DNA of 64,000 nucleotides. It comes from Epiperipatus broadwayi (Eukaryota; Animalia; Onychophora). Position 1 is the stretch's first letter, and each line of letters starts with the position of its first letter. Made by a program: the position numbers and the translations under genes. The stretch covers positions 6,882,001 to 6,946,000 of the forward strand of contig JAQFVV010000001.1 of assembly GCA_028023455.1 (NCBI GenBank), in the 5' to 3' direction. Shown here one piece after another: positions 40,088 through 51,968 of the stretch. The notes below the pieces were generated by a model. The model did no database searches, was not told where the DNA came from, and saw only the letters and a list, made by a program, of their open reading frames with translations.

Positions 40088-41640
40088 CTCACATAAGGTC
40101 TCTATTTTAGTCTTTTTAATTCTGACAGTGATATTTGTTGTTCTCTCACTCACATAATTTGCTTTTAATCTCATTTTAATAATCCAAACTTACATTTTTC
40201 TAAAGTTTACAGTGCTCTGAAGTAATTGTATTCCTTTTCTATTAAGTATCTAAATTCATAAATACACATTAGTAAAACACATTTTTTTAAAAATCTTTAC
40301 AAATACATAAACATTTTTAATACTATTATTTCAGCCAGAAAATGACTCCATCAACTTTAATTCTATAATTAATTTCATGCATTGTTTCTATGGTATTAAT
40401 AATCTGATCAAGATATTTATCATTAACAACTAATTTATTAATCTACTGAACATAACTGGTACCTATGTATTAGACCTGCTACTTGTGTTTGGGATAGCAG
40501 GATGCTGTACCTTTTCCAGTAAGGGAGGGGGGGTGAAACAATAGAATGCCATAGTTGTGACTTTTTAATATGGCATTCTGCTGTTGCAAACATCCTTCCT
40601 CTTCCATTGGAGAGATACATTCTGCCATCGCACAAACACAGTCAACAGGTCTAATATGTAAATATCACATAACTTTAGTCTTTTTAGCATTCATTTTCAG
40701 TCCTACTTTTTTCTTTCATCTGACAGGTCTTATAAGATTTATTAAAGCAGTGAAACATTATATAGCAAAAATAACATCATCTTTAAAACCTAGAGTACTT
40801 AAATAATCCCCATTTAATTTTATTCCTTTAGCTTACCATTTTAAAACACAAAACTATTATAAAGTTTTAAATAAGAAATCACGCCATCTTATACTCTTAA
40901 CAATGTTAATCTTTTTTCTGTCAAAATGTAATCTAATCATTATCATTTCATTTTGACAACCACTTTCTTAAAATATGACAATATCCTGGTCTGTGTTTTG
41001 ATGTTCCAAAGATTTAATAAAAAAACTGTTTATAGTAAAATGTCTTTTTCATAATCTACAAACCCAAACCAGAAACTCAGAATTAATGATTTTTCCCATA
41101 GCTTCTCTTAACAAGTAAAGTCTATTATGTTATAGTCATTTTTAAAACTAGCTTTTATTTGGTTGATTGAAACCTTTTTATCTTAATAAAGATCATGCTG
41201 AGAATTTATTATTTTCATAGATATTTTTAAAAATATTTATAATAATTCCATCATTTTCTGATTCTTTGTTGATATAATTACATCTAGTGTTTTCATTAAA
41301 AAATTTGGCATTTCAAAATTTCACATTATTGGTTGTTGCATTCTTCCTCACTACTTTTTTTTTTTAATTCTTCACATTTCGTTATCTCTTTTCATAATAA
41401 TGCCACCATTTTGTCTCATCTCTTCACTGAAAAAAACTTGATACCATATCTCTTTATAAATAAGTATCACCTTTTTGTTTTAAATAACATTCCATCCAAA
41501 GCCGAGATGTTTTATATTTTTGAGGCTTATTCCTTTCTGTATCTCTCTCACCCCACTTCGATTATATTTCCTTAAATCATTTTACAAAATTCCAAATATT
41601 TTATTCTTCTGAATAGATCATTTTTAAATATTTTTATATT
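40088..41640 (-). mobile_element. Heavily decayed RTE LINE
   Basis: Patchy alignment to the RT region of copies 1 and 2 (e.g. aaaatatgacaatatcctgg, tttttcataatctacaaa). Confidence 0.7.
40470..40654. mobile_element. 185-bp foldback MITE inserted in the decayed RTE
   Basis: Terminal TTAGACCTG/CAGGTCTAA, imperfect arms extending ~80 bp, flanked by direct TATGTA (40464-40469, 40655-40660). Confidence 0.7.
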
Positions 41641-42126
41641 CCTTATCTTTAAATACTGTCAGATCTCAAGATAAAATTTTACCGAAATGTTTTTTTTTTT
41701 TTTTTCTATGGCTACATGTGTATCAATTCTTGCTTATCGTTTTATTAATCTAATTCAAATCAGTCATTTTGGAAAAATATTTGAAAACGATTTGAAATTG
41801 TATATATATTTTTGCAAACATAACTAATGAGAAAAGACTGATTCGAAGACCATAAATTAATCTGCAATCTAATTGCAAAAAATTCTACATTAAAATTAAT
41901 TTTTCTTAAAAGTGAAATTATAAATTAGGGAATGTCGGAATTTTCTATTTAATTAATTATAATTAAAGAGAATAAAAAAATACAGATGTTTATTCTGTTT
42001 TTATATTACTAGAATTTGACAAATTATCATATTAAACGACACTACAATTCTCCCCACAAATTATTAAATGACTTTTTAATGTTTTAAATACAGTATATTT
42101 TACATATTTTTTAAAAAAATACATAC

Positions 42127-42159
42127 CATTTCAATAATAGTTTTATTACCAGAATTCAT
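42127..42159 (-). CDS. POLR1D: POLR1D coding exon 1 (MNSGNKTIIEM)
   Basis: ATG at 42159-42157, 11 codons, GTATGT donor at 42126-42121. The phase-0 join to exon 2 gives KTIIEM-IQ, resembling the KTALEMVQ segment of human POLR1D. Lies at the edge of the CpG-rich promoter. Confidence 0.8.
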
Positions 42160-42400
42160 TTTCTAAGTCAAAGTTAAAAGCAGCACGACTACCTTAGTTT
42201 CATAAATTAATAAAAACACGATACTTTCCGTTAGAGGGCAGGTAAAATTTTCGTGATTAAACCAATGATAATTTAGAATCTAAATGTAACAACCTATCCT
42301 GTTGTTTGTTATAAAAAATATTGAAAAAAAAATATCGTCAATATAATCACATGAAGTTGACGTTTTTTCTGAACATTTTGTTATAGACTTTATACGAATT
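42160..42400. promoter_or_regulatory. Bidirectional promoter shared by POLR1D (-) and VAMP7 (+)
   Basis: Lies between the POLR1D ATG exon and a + strand donor at 42467. CpG dinucleotides are visibly retained from ~41.65 to 43.0 kb but scarce elsewhere. CTCF-like CCGTTAGAGGGCAG at 42228-42241. TSSs not determined. Confidence 0.65.
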
Positions 42401-42467
42401 TTTATTCCGCTGTTTATCTAATCCCGTTTTTTAAAAGTACAATTTGGATTATAATTTTATTTCAAGG
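42340..42467 (+). other. VAMP7: Probable non-coding first exon of VAMP7 (start approximate)
   Basis: Strong donor CAAGG|GTAAGT at 42467/42468 inside the CpG-rich zone. The ATG exon at 53531 begins with an acceptor, so an upstream exon is required. Confidence 0.55.
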
Positions 42468-43704
42468 GTAAGTTTAATTAATAGCATGGATTGATTTTGT
42501 CGTCATTCTTTGATAAGCATATACTATATCTTATACATTGATTATTATTCATTTTTGTTGTACTGTATTTAACTATCTCATAACGTTTAGATTTTTTTAT
42601 ATGGTGTTTTACTTAGGTTTTTTTAAGTAATTCGGTTTATTTAAAAAATAGGTTAACTATAAGCTTTGATCGATATTAGTTGGGAAAAAAAAAAAATTCC
42701 ATATTTTATTAACTTTACCCAAGAAATGTATGAGTATTGAAGTTTCAGAATGCGTCATGATTTTAGTACCTTATTTATCAACAGTGAGTAACAAAACTTT
42801 TTTCATATTGAATGTTAATAATAAATTCAGATAATAAACAAGAAAGTTTTTTGATATTACTACAGTATTTATAATTTACCTTTAACTTTTCATATATAAT
42901 CTTAGTATAAAATTATACTTATAAACAGGAATTAAGAAATAGTATAAATATAAAAAGATTTTTCGAATAAGTTAATTTAAACGTATAAGAGTTTCTGGAT
43001 ACAATATGGACTCCTATTTTTGTTTATAATCCCAGCCACTCCACTGCAATAAATATTAAATTTAGAATCTCAAATACAGATGTTTATGACCTTTCCATTT
43101 TAATTTCATCCTTTTCATTATATATCCCTTTAAGTGATTGTTAATTAATGGTATCCTATTTAGTATTTGAAATCCTTCATATTTGGGGGATATTTGATAT
43201 AGGTACTTTTTAAAATTAACTGATGCAGAATTTGAAGATTGTACTAATCAAAGACTGTCACCAAGGCAACTGCCAAATTAGTTTGTAAGAAAAAGCCTAT
43301 TTAGTTAGCATTTATATTGCAATCATAACTTGATCATATTTTTCCAGCTATAATTAAATTGGGAAATAAAATAAATCTCTTCAAAAATTATTGATACTCT
43401 AATTATAAATGTATATACTTTTCAAAGGCAAGCGATTTTGAAATTCAGTTTAATTCTTTATGCACTTCATTTTTAATAGTTATGATTATTAATGTTTCCA
43501 CTGAAATGTAACTGTGAGTGCAACTATTTTTTCTGCTTAGTAAGTTCAAACCCCAAATATTCAAAGTGCAAACATGTTATAAAGTGGTTATAAAAAAATT
43601 TATGTATAAAAATATAAATGTAGATTTTTTATAATTTAAACATTAAGAATTTGTCACTTTATTACATAAACAAACAATTGGGCAATGATTTGGATCAGAG
43701 TTAT

Positions 43705-46700
43705 TCATCATCATCATTGTAAACCATTATCAATCCACTGCAAAATGAAGGTCTCTCCAAATTCAGTCCATCTTCTCCTATCTTAGCCTCTCTTCTCCAC
43801 ATTACCCCTGCACACCTTTTTATTTCATCCATCCATCTCACATGTGGTCTCTTTCTGGTATTTTTACAATCTCTTGGAATCCAGTTTAAGATTTCAATTG
43901 TCCATCTATTATCATCTCTTCTAGCAATATGTCCAGCCCAACTCCACTTCAGTCTTTTAATTCTTTCAACAATGTCAATAACACCTGTTTGTTTTCTTAC
44001 CCATATATTGCATTTTCTATCTCTTCTTGTTACTCCTAACATATATCTCTCTATACTTTTTTGAGTTGGTCTGAAGTCTCTGTATTGCTCTTCTATTAAG
44101 TGTCCAAGTCTCAGATCCATAAGTAAGAACTGGTAAAACACATTTATTAAAAACCTTCTTTTCAAACACATAGGCATATTTCCTTTTAATATCAAGTTAT
44201 TTCTACCAAAAGCACTCCAACCAAGTTTAATTCTATGATTAATTTCATTCATTATGTTTCCATCTGTAGTAATAATCTGACCAAGGTATTTGTAATTGTT
44301 AACTTTCTCTAACTCATCATAATCAATCTTTATTTTCATCTTTTGAGAAAATCCATTGAACATTATTTTAGTCTTTTTAACATTTACCTTTAGTCCTACT
44401 TTCTTATTTTCATCTGATAACTCTTGCAACATTTCCTGAAGCTCTGAAGCATTATGTGCAAAAACAACTACATCATCTGCAAAATCTAAATGACTTAAAT
44501 AATCTCCATTTACTCCTTTAGCTTTCCATTTTAATTCACAAAATACTTCTTGCAGCACTGCTATAAAACGTTTTGGAGATATGGAATCACCTTGTCTTAC
44601 ACCCTTCTCAATGTTAACCTTCCTAGTATCATTATGTAATCTAATTGTTGCTGTTGCATTTTTATAAATATTCTTCAGAATATGACAATATCCTGGGTCT
44701 ATACCTTGATGATCCAATGCTTTAATCACTGAAGAAATGTTTATAGAATCAAATGCCTTTTCATAATCTACAAATCCAAAGCATAATGGCAACTCATATT
44801 CATTGGTCCTTTCTATAACTTCTCTCAATACTTGGATATGATCTACTGTACTAAAACCACTTTTAAATCCAGCTTGTTCTCTTGGTTGGTGGAAATCCAA
44901 TGTTCTCTGTAGACGAGTTGTAATTATCTTGGTAAAAATTTTGTATAAAACTGATAAAAGGCTGATAGGTCTGTAATTTCTAATATCTTCTTTATCACCT
45001 TTTTTAAATATTAATACTGCATTCTTCCAATCATCTGATACATCTTTATCATTTAGACATTTGGTATATAACTTTGCTAAAATTTTTCCGATCTCTTCAT
45101 TTGCTTCTTTTAATATAATGATTATAATTCCATCATCATTTGGAGATTTTCCCTTCTTCATAAATTTAATTGCATGTCTCACTTTTTCATTTAAAATTCT
45201 GGGCAATTCAGAAGATATAATAGATGTAGGAGGTACTTGTTCTTTATTACTATATAATTCTTGATAGAACTCTTCTACCCATTTCATGATGTCATCTCTC
45301 TTTTTAGTAATAGTTCCATCTTTTTTCCTTATTGCAGATATAAATTTCCTACCAATACCAAAATGTTGTTTTACACTCTTGAGACTTTTATTCTCTTCTA
45401 CAGCTTTCCTTGCTAGTTCACAATTATACTTTCTTATATCATTTTCAACTCTTTTCTGCACCATTTTACAAAATTCGAGATATTCAATCCATTTTCAATG
45501 CATAACTTTTATATATCTTTATATTCCTTCATTTTTTCATAAATTCTCTAGTCTTAAATAGAAATTTTATTAGTCAATTGGTGCTTTTTTCTACCAGCTA
45601 TTTTTGTTGCAGTTTTTAAAAGTTTATCAATTATTTTACTATTAATTTCATTCAAATCTGAATCATGTTCAAAATCTATTAATACTTAAAACCGATTTGC
45701 AAGTTTTAATTTGAATTCATTAAAATGTTTCTGAAAATTAGGAATATCAGCTGTAAATATTGTTTGTTTTTTTTATTTTTGACTCTATTTTTGCATAGGC
45801 ACATATCTTTCTAATCGATGATCCTTTCTGTGTTGAATTTATTAAGTATATTACAATCTTGAAATATGTATTTTCTGTTAGTCAAAATATAGTCCAATTC
45901 TGCTGTACCTTCATTTGGATGTTTCTATGACCATTTCCTTTTAACATTTTTCTTAAATAAAGAATTCATAATATAAAGTTTTTCTTTTTCTGCAAACTCC
46001 ACAAGTCTTATGTCCTTTTTCATTTGTTTACCAATTCTAGCATTAAAGTCTCCCATAACAATTTTAAAATGTTGTTTAGACTGGTCAAAAGCTTTTTGTA
46101 CATCCATTTAAATATCTGCTACTTCATCACTCTACAAACTTGTTGGAGCATAAACTTGAATTATTTACCCTTGGTATCTGCTATTTAGTTGAATAACTAA
46201 TCTTGCCACTTTGTCTAATACATCATCAATCTCCACAATGTTCTTTCACTTTTTATTTATAATGAATGCTACTCCACTTGTACTTCCAATATTTGTGCCT
46301 TTGTAATAGAATACATGTCCACTTTTTAAATTAATTGGCTCTCCACCTTTTCTTCTAACTTCACAAAGTTGAATAATGTCCCATTTAATATAAGAGAGCT
46401 TTTCTTCCAATTCTTGCAATCTTCCTTCACTTGAAAGTGATCTGCAGTTGTAAATACCTAAATAAAAAAAATCGTCATCAAATGGCAGCCTGGGTCCCAA
46501 TCAATCGAAATTTTTAGTACTCTCTGCCTTTGGCCGTAAACCGTTGCCTTGGCTTGTGATTTTACAGCCTTCTGGGAATAAGGACCATGATTGTATATAT
46601 CTATTAGAAAAAAAATTTCATTCACACACACATTCATTCTGCCTTATCAGGCAATTGGGAAGAAAGACCATGTTATTTTTTGATCTTAAACTCAGAGGTA

Positions 46701-46914
46701 AAAAACCAATAAACTCATCATGCTGGATAATGCTTGTTAATAAGCAGCCTATCCATGTTTGTATACTATATGAATAATCACATAGTAATAACAGCTGCAA
46801 CGACAAGAACGTATAGAATGGACGTTAGGAATTTGCCCTGCTCGGTTCTTTTAAGATTTCCAAGAGGAATCAAAGCATCTCCTTTCAGTTAACAGCAAAC
46901 TCCTTTCTGCAGCC
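43705..46914 (-). mobile_element. RTE-clade LINE, copy 2, full length (~3.2 kb: 5'UTR, APE, RT), frameshifted
   Basis: (TGA)n tail at ~43705-43717; ORF pieces 46246-46500 (YNCRSLS...WDII.LCEVRR, APE start), 45925-46107 and 43701-45464 (RT). Same 5' end GGCTGCAGAAAGGAG as copy 1. Confidence 0.95.
46763..46914 (-). ncRNA. HDV-like ribozyme fold at the RTE 5' end
   Basis: P1 GGCTGCA (46914-46908) / TGCAGCT (46799-46793) with G1.U wobble; P2 ATTCTAT/ATAGTAT; P3 ACG/CGT; L3 TTCTTGT; P4 TATTAC/GTGATT; long J1/2 hairpin AGGAGTTTGC/GCAAATTCCT. J4/2 is non-canonical. Confidence 0.7.
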
Positions 46915-49497
46915 CATCATTATTTACTATATAATCAGATGTAAATAAAATTTATTTTAATATTACCCATAAAAAGTTTGTTTTAGGTCTTGGTGTAATG
47001 TGCTTTGAACTAACTAATTCATGGGTGGAATGATTAAAATAATTAGATAATGTATTCAACTAACATTCTAATTTTATTATAAATCAAAAAAAAGATTATT
47101 AAAATGGAATATATATTTAGTATAAAAACTGTTAAAGCATCCTAATATTAATTAAATGGCATGGAATTTTGAAATTGAGTTAAAATATCACATTCTACAA
47201 ATTCAATCAAATACAGGTTAATCATCCTATAAATTACTTTTTATTGAAATTTTTCATACACATTAAATATTAAGATTTTTAGAAAAATAAATTTATTTTT
47301 ATAGCAATTTAGTTTTAATATTTTCCATTTTTTAACATTAAGAAATCTTTTAATTTAGCTATTCACAATTTTCAATGAATTGAAAAGGAAGGTGGATAAC
47401 ATTTGATTAAACATAAAACCTTTTTTCTAAATTTTTTGTTTACCAATTCATGTTCAAATATTAAATTTTTTGTTAACAATCTCAAATGTCAAAAAATTTG
47501 CATAAATATAATATACATGTTAAATTCATTGAGTTAAGATAATTATAGTTTTCATAATGTCAGTAGCTCTTGTCTGATAAAAATTCATTTTATATTAGTT
47601 GTAAAAAATATTTTATAATGAATTCAGAGATCCCACTACATATTAGAAATACAAAAATTTTAAAGAGAAATATAGTCTACGTATTTTCAAATGAATAATT
47701 AAATTACTGCTATAATATTTGGTTTATCAGAACAATTTACTTTTCATGCATTATGGCTTTAATCAAAACAATTATTCATACTTCAATTTTCAGTACAAAA
47801 TAATTTTGTTTTTTAAACTCATTTAATTCTTTGTGTTTTTAGTATGTTTAGATAAAGTATGTCATCTATTCAGGCAATTATTCATATAACAGCTATATAA
47901 TTATTCAGCAATGAAAGGCAAGACTAAAAATTTGACTATATTTCAGTAGAGGCAAAGTAGAAGTACGCATGATAATTGTTGTTGTATGTAGATATTTCTT
48001 TGGGTTTTTTTTGCTCCAAATTTTGACAGTGAAATAAGTTAGAAGTCAGAGCATTGCTAAAATTGAAAAATGTAAATAACTACTTACAATATATTTAATA
48101 TGAATGTGTGTGATATCTAAATATAATAAACAAAAAAAAATTTACTTTAAAAATATTTTTATTTGGAAGTCAATCTACATTTATAAACACAACAATCATA
48201 TTAAATTCTTTTTATTTTATCATATATTGAATAAAAGAACTGTGTATTTAAATTTTTAAGGATTTCATTTAAAATTATTAACTGTATTTTTAGTTCAAAC
48301 TAAGAAATGATCAATTATAGTAATATCAAAGATAAGTAGAATGAATATTATATTTGTGAAGTGTAATCGAATATTGCAGCATTATTCACTAAGAATTATT
48401 TCCTATAACATGGCAGAAATAAATTCAGTATTAAATTAATAATATTTGATTAACACAAATGAACAATTTCAGAAAACATTGTGGAATGACTTCTATCTAA
48501 AGAGAATTCATGGAATATAGATCAAACATCACAGAAAGTTAATTAAATGTAATTAGATGAAAGGGAAGGCAATTGAATGAAATTTCAAAATATGATTAAG
48601 AGAAATCAAAGTATGTCAGCCTTTGGATCTTTGATCTTTATATATTCTTCACTTATTGACAACTTATATATTTAGAGCATTCATCTATTATTTGCACTTC
48701 TTTAAAAAATAATAATAATACAAATAGTATAAATTTATGAGACCTTTATCAAAAGCATATGTATTGATTTTTAGATCATTAAATTTTTTAATAAAACCTT
48801 TTCTGCTTTCATTTAAGATATGCTTTAGGAGTTCTCTTCACTCTTCTCCAGAATCATCTATTACAAAATTGACTAATCAATATATATCATATAATAGCAC
48901 TATTATATCTACACTTATAATCTTCATTAATCATTGACTTGCAGTTTTAATGTAACTTATAACAAGCAGCTCCTTTCATTTATTTATTTTTACTATCAAG
49001 CTAATAATCTACCTTTCAAAAGTATTCTAAATTTGTGAATCCAAGCCAATTTTTCTTATATAATTATATAGCTGTGATACTAGGCCTAAAGTATTATTTT
49101 AGTGGCATCAGTTTTATGATTTCTGTAGACATCTTTCATATTTTGGCTAGGATGGTAGTTATCTACTAATCATGATATTTGTTTCTCTGCCTATATTTAA
49201 TATTTGTCTTGAAATAGTGAATATTATGGCATAAGTTAATCCTCTTTCCGATTTTACTCTTGTATTAATGCTCATGTCTTCATCTAATATATATTAATTC
49301 TGTTAATTATTTATTGATATATATATATATGTATGTCAAGGCTGGCCTTAAGAGTGTCCAGTCCATTTGGAGATTTTGAGGCCCAAATTCATGTCATGAT
49401 CTTTTGAATTTAAGAGGAATAAATAAAATTTAATAAAAATTATATTTCTTTAATAGAATGAAAAACATTCAAAATGTTAGTTAATGGACTAAATGGA

Positions 49498-49997
49498 TGT
49501 AAACACATTTTAACATAAAATTATATAGAAGGTATATGAGCACAGACTTTCACACGACCCATCACTCTATCTGATAACACTGATACACCTGAACACATAT
49601 GTTGAAAAGATAAATATTCACCCATATCCGTATTTCATGCTAAACCAGCAATCATCAGTTGGTCCATATTATCATCTCTACACATTATATGCAATAAGTG
49701 CTCAGATATATATTCAGATAGCCAATCTTCATACTCTAATGGACAGGCTTCAATCCACTTCACACTCCAACTCTTCAGCTATCCATCCAATTGGAAATCT
49801 GATGATGGAATGCTCAAAGGCCACCCTGAGGCCGAGATTCTCATCACACCTATGTTGACCTAAAGTCAATCTGACCCCTCGTGTACAGGACATAATCCAT
49901 TTAATACATATACAATGGACAGGCAGACATCTGTTCTATGTAATAACTGAAATACAGGCTAGTTATATACCTGTATCATATTACATACGTGTAAACA
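49498..49997 (-). mobile_element. Hammerhead repeat family D-like insertion (~490 bp) bounded by direct TGTAAACA
   Basis: 8-bp direct repeat at 49498-49505 and 49990-49997; GC-richer than the flanks. Minus-strand CCAA CTGATGA TTGCT GGTT TAGCA T GAAA TACGGA TATGGG at ~49620-49662. Confidence 0.6.
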
Positions 49998-50304
49998 TGC
50001 AAGTAAACAAACAAAATCTGTAAATTATCCTTTAAAAATAGTTACAAAATGATTTATTTTGATATGTGTAAAGTATATTATATTTAATTTTTATTTAAAA
50101 AGTAAACATCACTTGATAATAAATTAAAAATAGATCATATAGATTTTCTTGATAAATATATTTCTTGATAATCATTGCGTTTATTTAAAACCATTGATTT
50201 TATTTAAAATAAATTTGTTTATAACATTCTAAAAATCTAGATATAAAGTCATTCAGTGGTATTCTTAGCAGAAAGTTTAACACATATTTTGAAATATAGA
50301 TGTG

Positions 50305-51110
50305 TATACCTTGATGATGCAATGCTTTAATCACTGAAGAAATATTTATAGAATCAAATGCTTTTTCATAATCTACAAATCTAAAGTATAATGGCAATTC
50401 ATATTCATCTGTCTTTTCTATAATTTTTCTCAATACTTGGATATGATCCAATGTACTAAAACCACTTTTAAATCCAGCCTGTTATTTTGGTATAGACCCA
50501 GGATATTTTCATATTCTGAAGAATATTTATAAAAATGCAACAGCAACAATTAAATTCCATGATTCTAGGAAGGCTAATAGTGGGAAGGGTGTAAGACAGG
50601 GTGACTCCATATTTCCAAAACTTTTTACAGCAATGCTGCAAGAAGCATTTGTGGATTAAAATAGGAAGATCAAGGAATAAAAATAAATGGAGATTATTTA
50701 AATTATTTAGATATTGCAGATGATGTACTTGTTTTTGCAAATAATGTTTCAGACCTTCAGGAAATGTTGCAACAGTTATCAAATGAAGATAAGGAAGTAG
50801 GATTAAAGATAAATGTTAAAAATACAATAATGTTCAATGGATTTTCTCAAAAGATGAAAATAAAGATTGATTATGATGAATTAGAAGTTAACAACTACAA
50901 ATACTTTAGTCAGATTATTACTACAGATGGAAACATAATGGATGAAATTAATAATAAAATTAAATTTTGTTGGAATACTTTTGATAGAAATAACTTAATA
51001 TTAAAAGGAAATATGTGTATGTGCTTAAAAAGGAAGGTTTTTAATAAATATTTTATCAGTTCTTACTTGCAGATCATGAGACTTGGACACTTAATAGAAG
51101 AGCAATACTG
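50305..51110. mobile_element. RTE fragment with 5' inversion (50305-50490 minus; 50489-51110 plus)
   Basis: The minus piece encodes QAGF...KALHHQGI; the plus piece resumes at (G)IDPGY...KNATAT...GVRQGDSI...IADD... Confidence 0.88.
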
Positions 51111-51303
51111 ACAGGATACATTTGGATATACTATATTTTTTATCATTGAAAAAAATAAAAAATTATAGTATCTTTTATTTACTTTTTAAATTAAATAAAT
51201 AGCAAAATATTTGACTTTCATTGCAATTAAATACACTCGGGGCAATACCCTCCCCCCCACTTTTTTTTTCTTATTGAAACAGTAATCTAGTATTGTTATC
51301 AAG

Positions 51304-51968
51304 AAACTATGATTTCTAATTATTTTGATGTTTTTAAATCATTATTAATTTTAAGCATGTTCTAAAATTTTGTAAAACTATTAGCATTATACTTAGAAAA
51401 TATTTTAATTTGCAAAATATTGCACATCAGTTTCAGAAAGGATAATAAAGGAAGCATAAAATATATGTTTTCAACATAAACTGAAGAAATTTTTTAATCA
51501 ATATGATCTTTTACAGCATTCCAAAATGGAAAAACAGCTGTTGGCATAATTCAAAATTTATTTAGAAATGTATTTTTTTTTTTTTAATGTGACCACTTAT
51601 GGCTTTCAAAAATGGAAAATGACTGCTTGAGTATAGTAAACTATGATTTCTAATTATTTTGATGTTTTTAAATCATTATTAATTTTAAGCATGTTCTAAA
51701 ATTTTGTAAAACTATTAGCATTATACTTAGAAAATATTTTAATTTGCAAAATATTGCACATCAGTTTCAGAAAGGATAATAAAGGAAGCATAAAATATAT
51801 GTTTTCAACATAAACTGAAGAAATTTTTTAATCAGTATGATCTTTTACAGCATTCCAAAATGGAAAAACAGCTGTTGGCATAATTCAAAATTTATTTAGA
51901 AATATATTTTTTTTTTAATGTGACCACTTATGGCTTTCAAAAATGGAAAATGACTGCTTGAGTATAGT
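51304..51968 (+). repeat. Near-identical tandem duplication (334 + 331 bp)
   Basis: 51304-51637 vs 51638-51968 differ by two visible substitutions and poly-T length. Confidence 0.95.
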
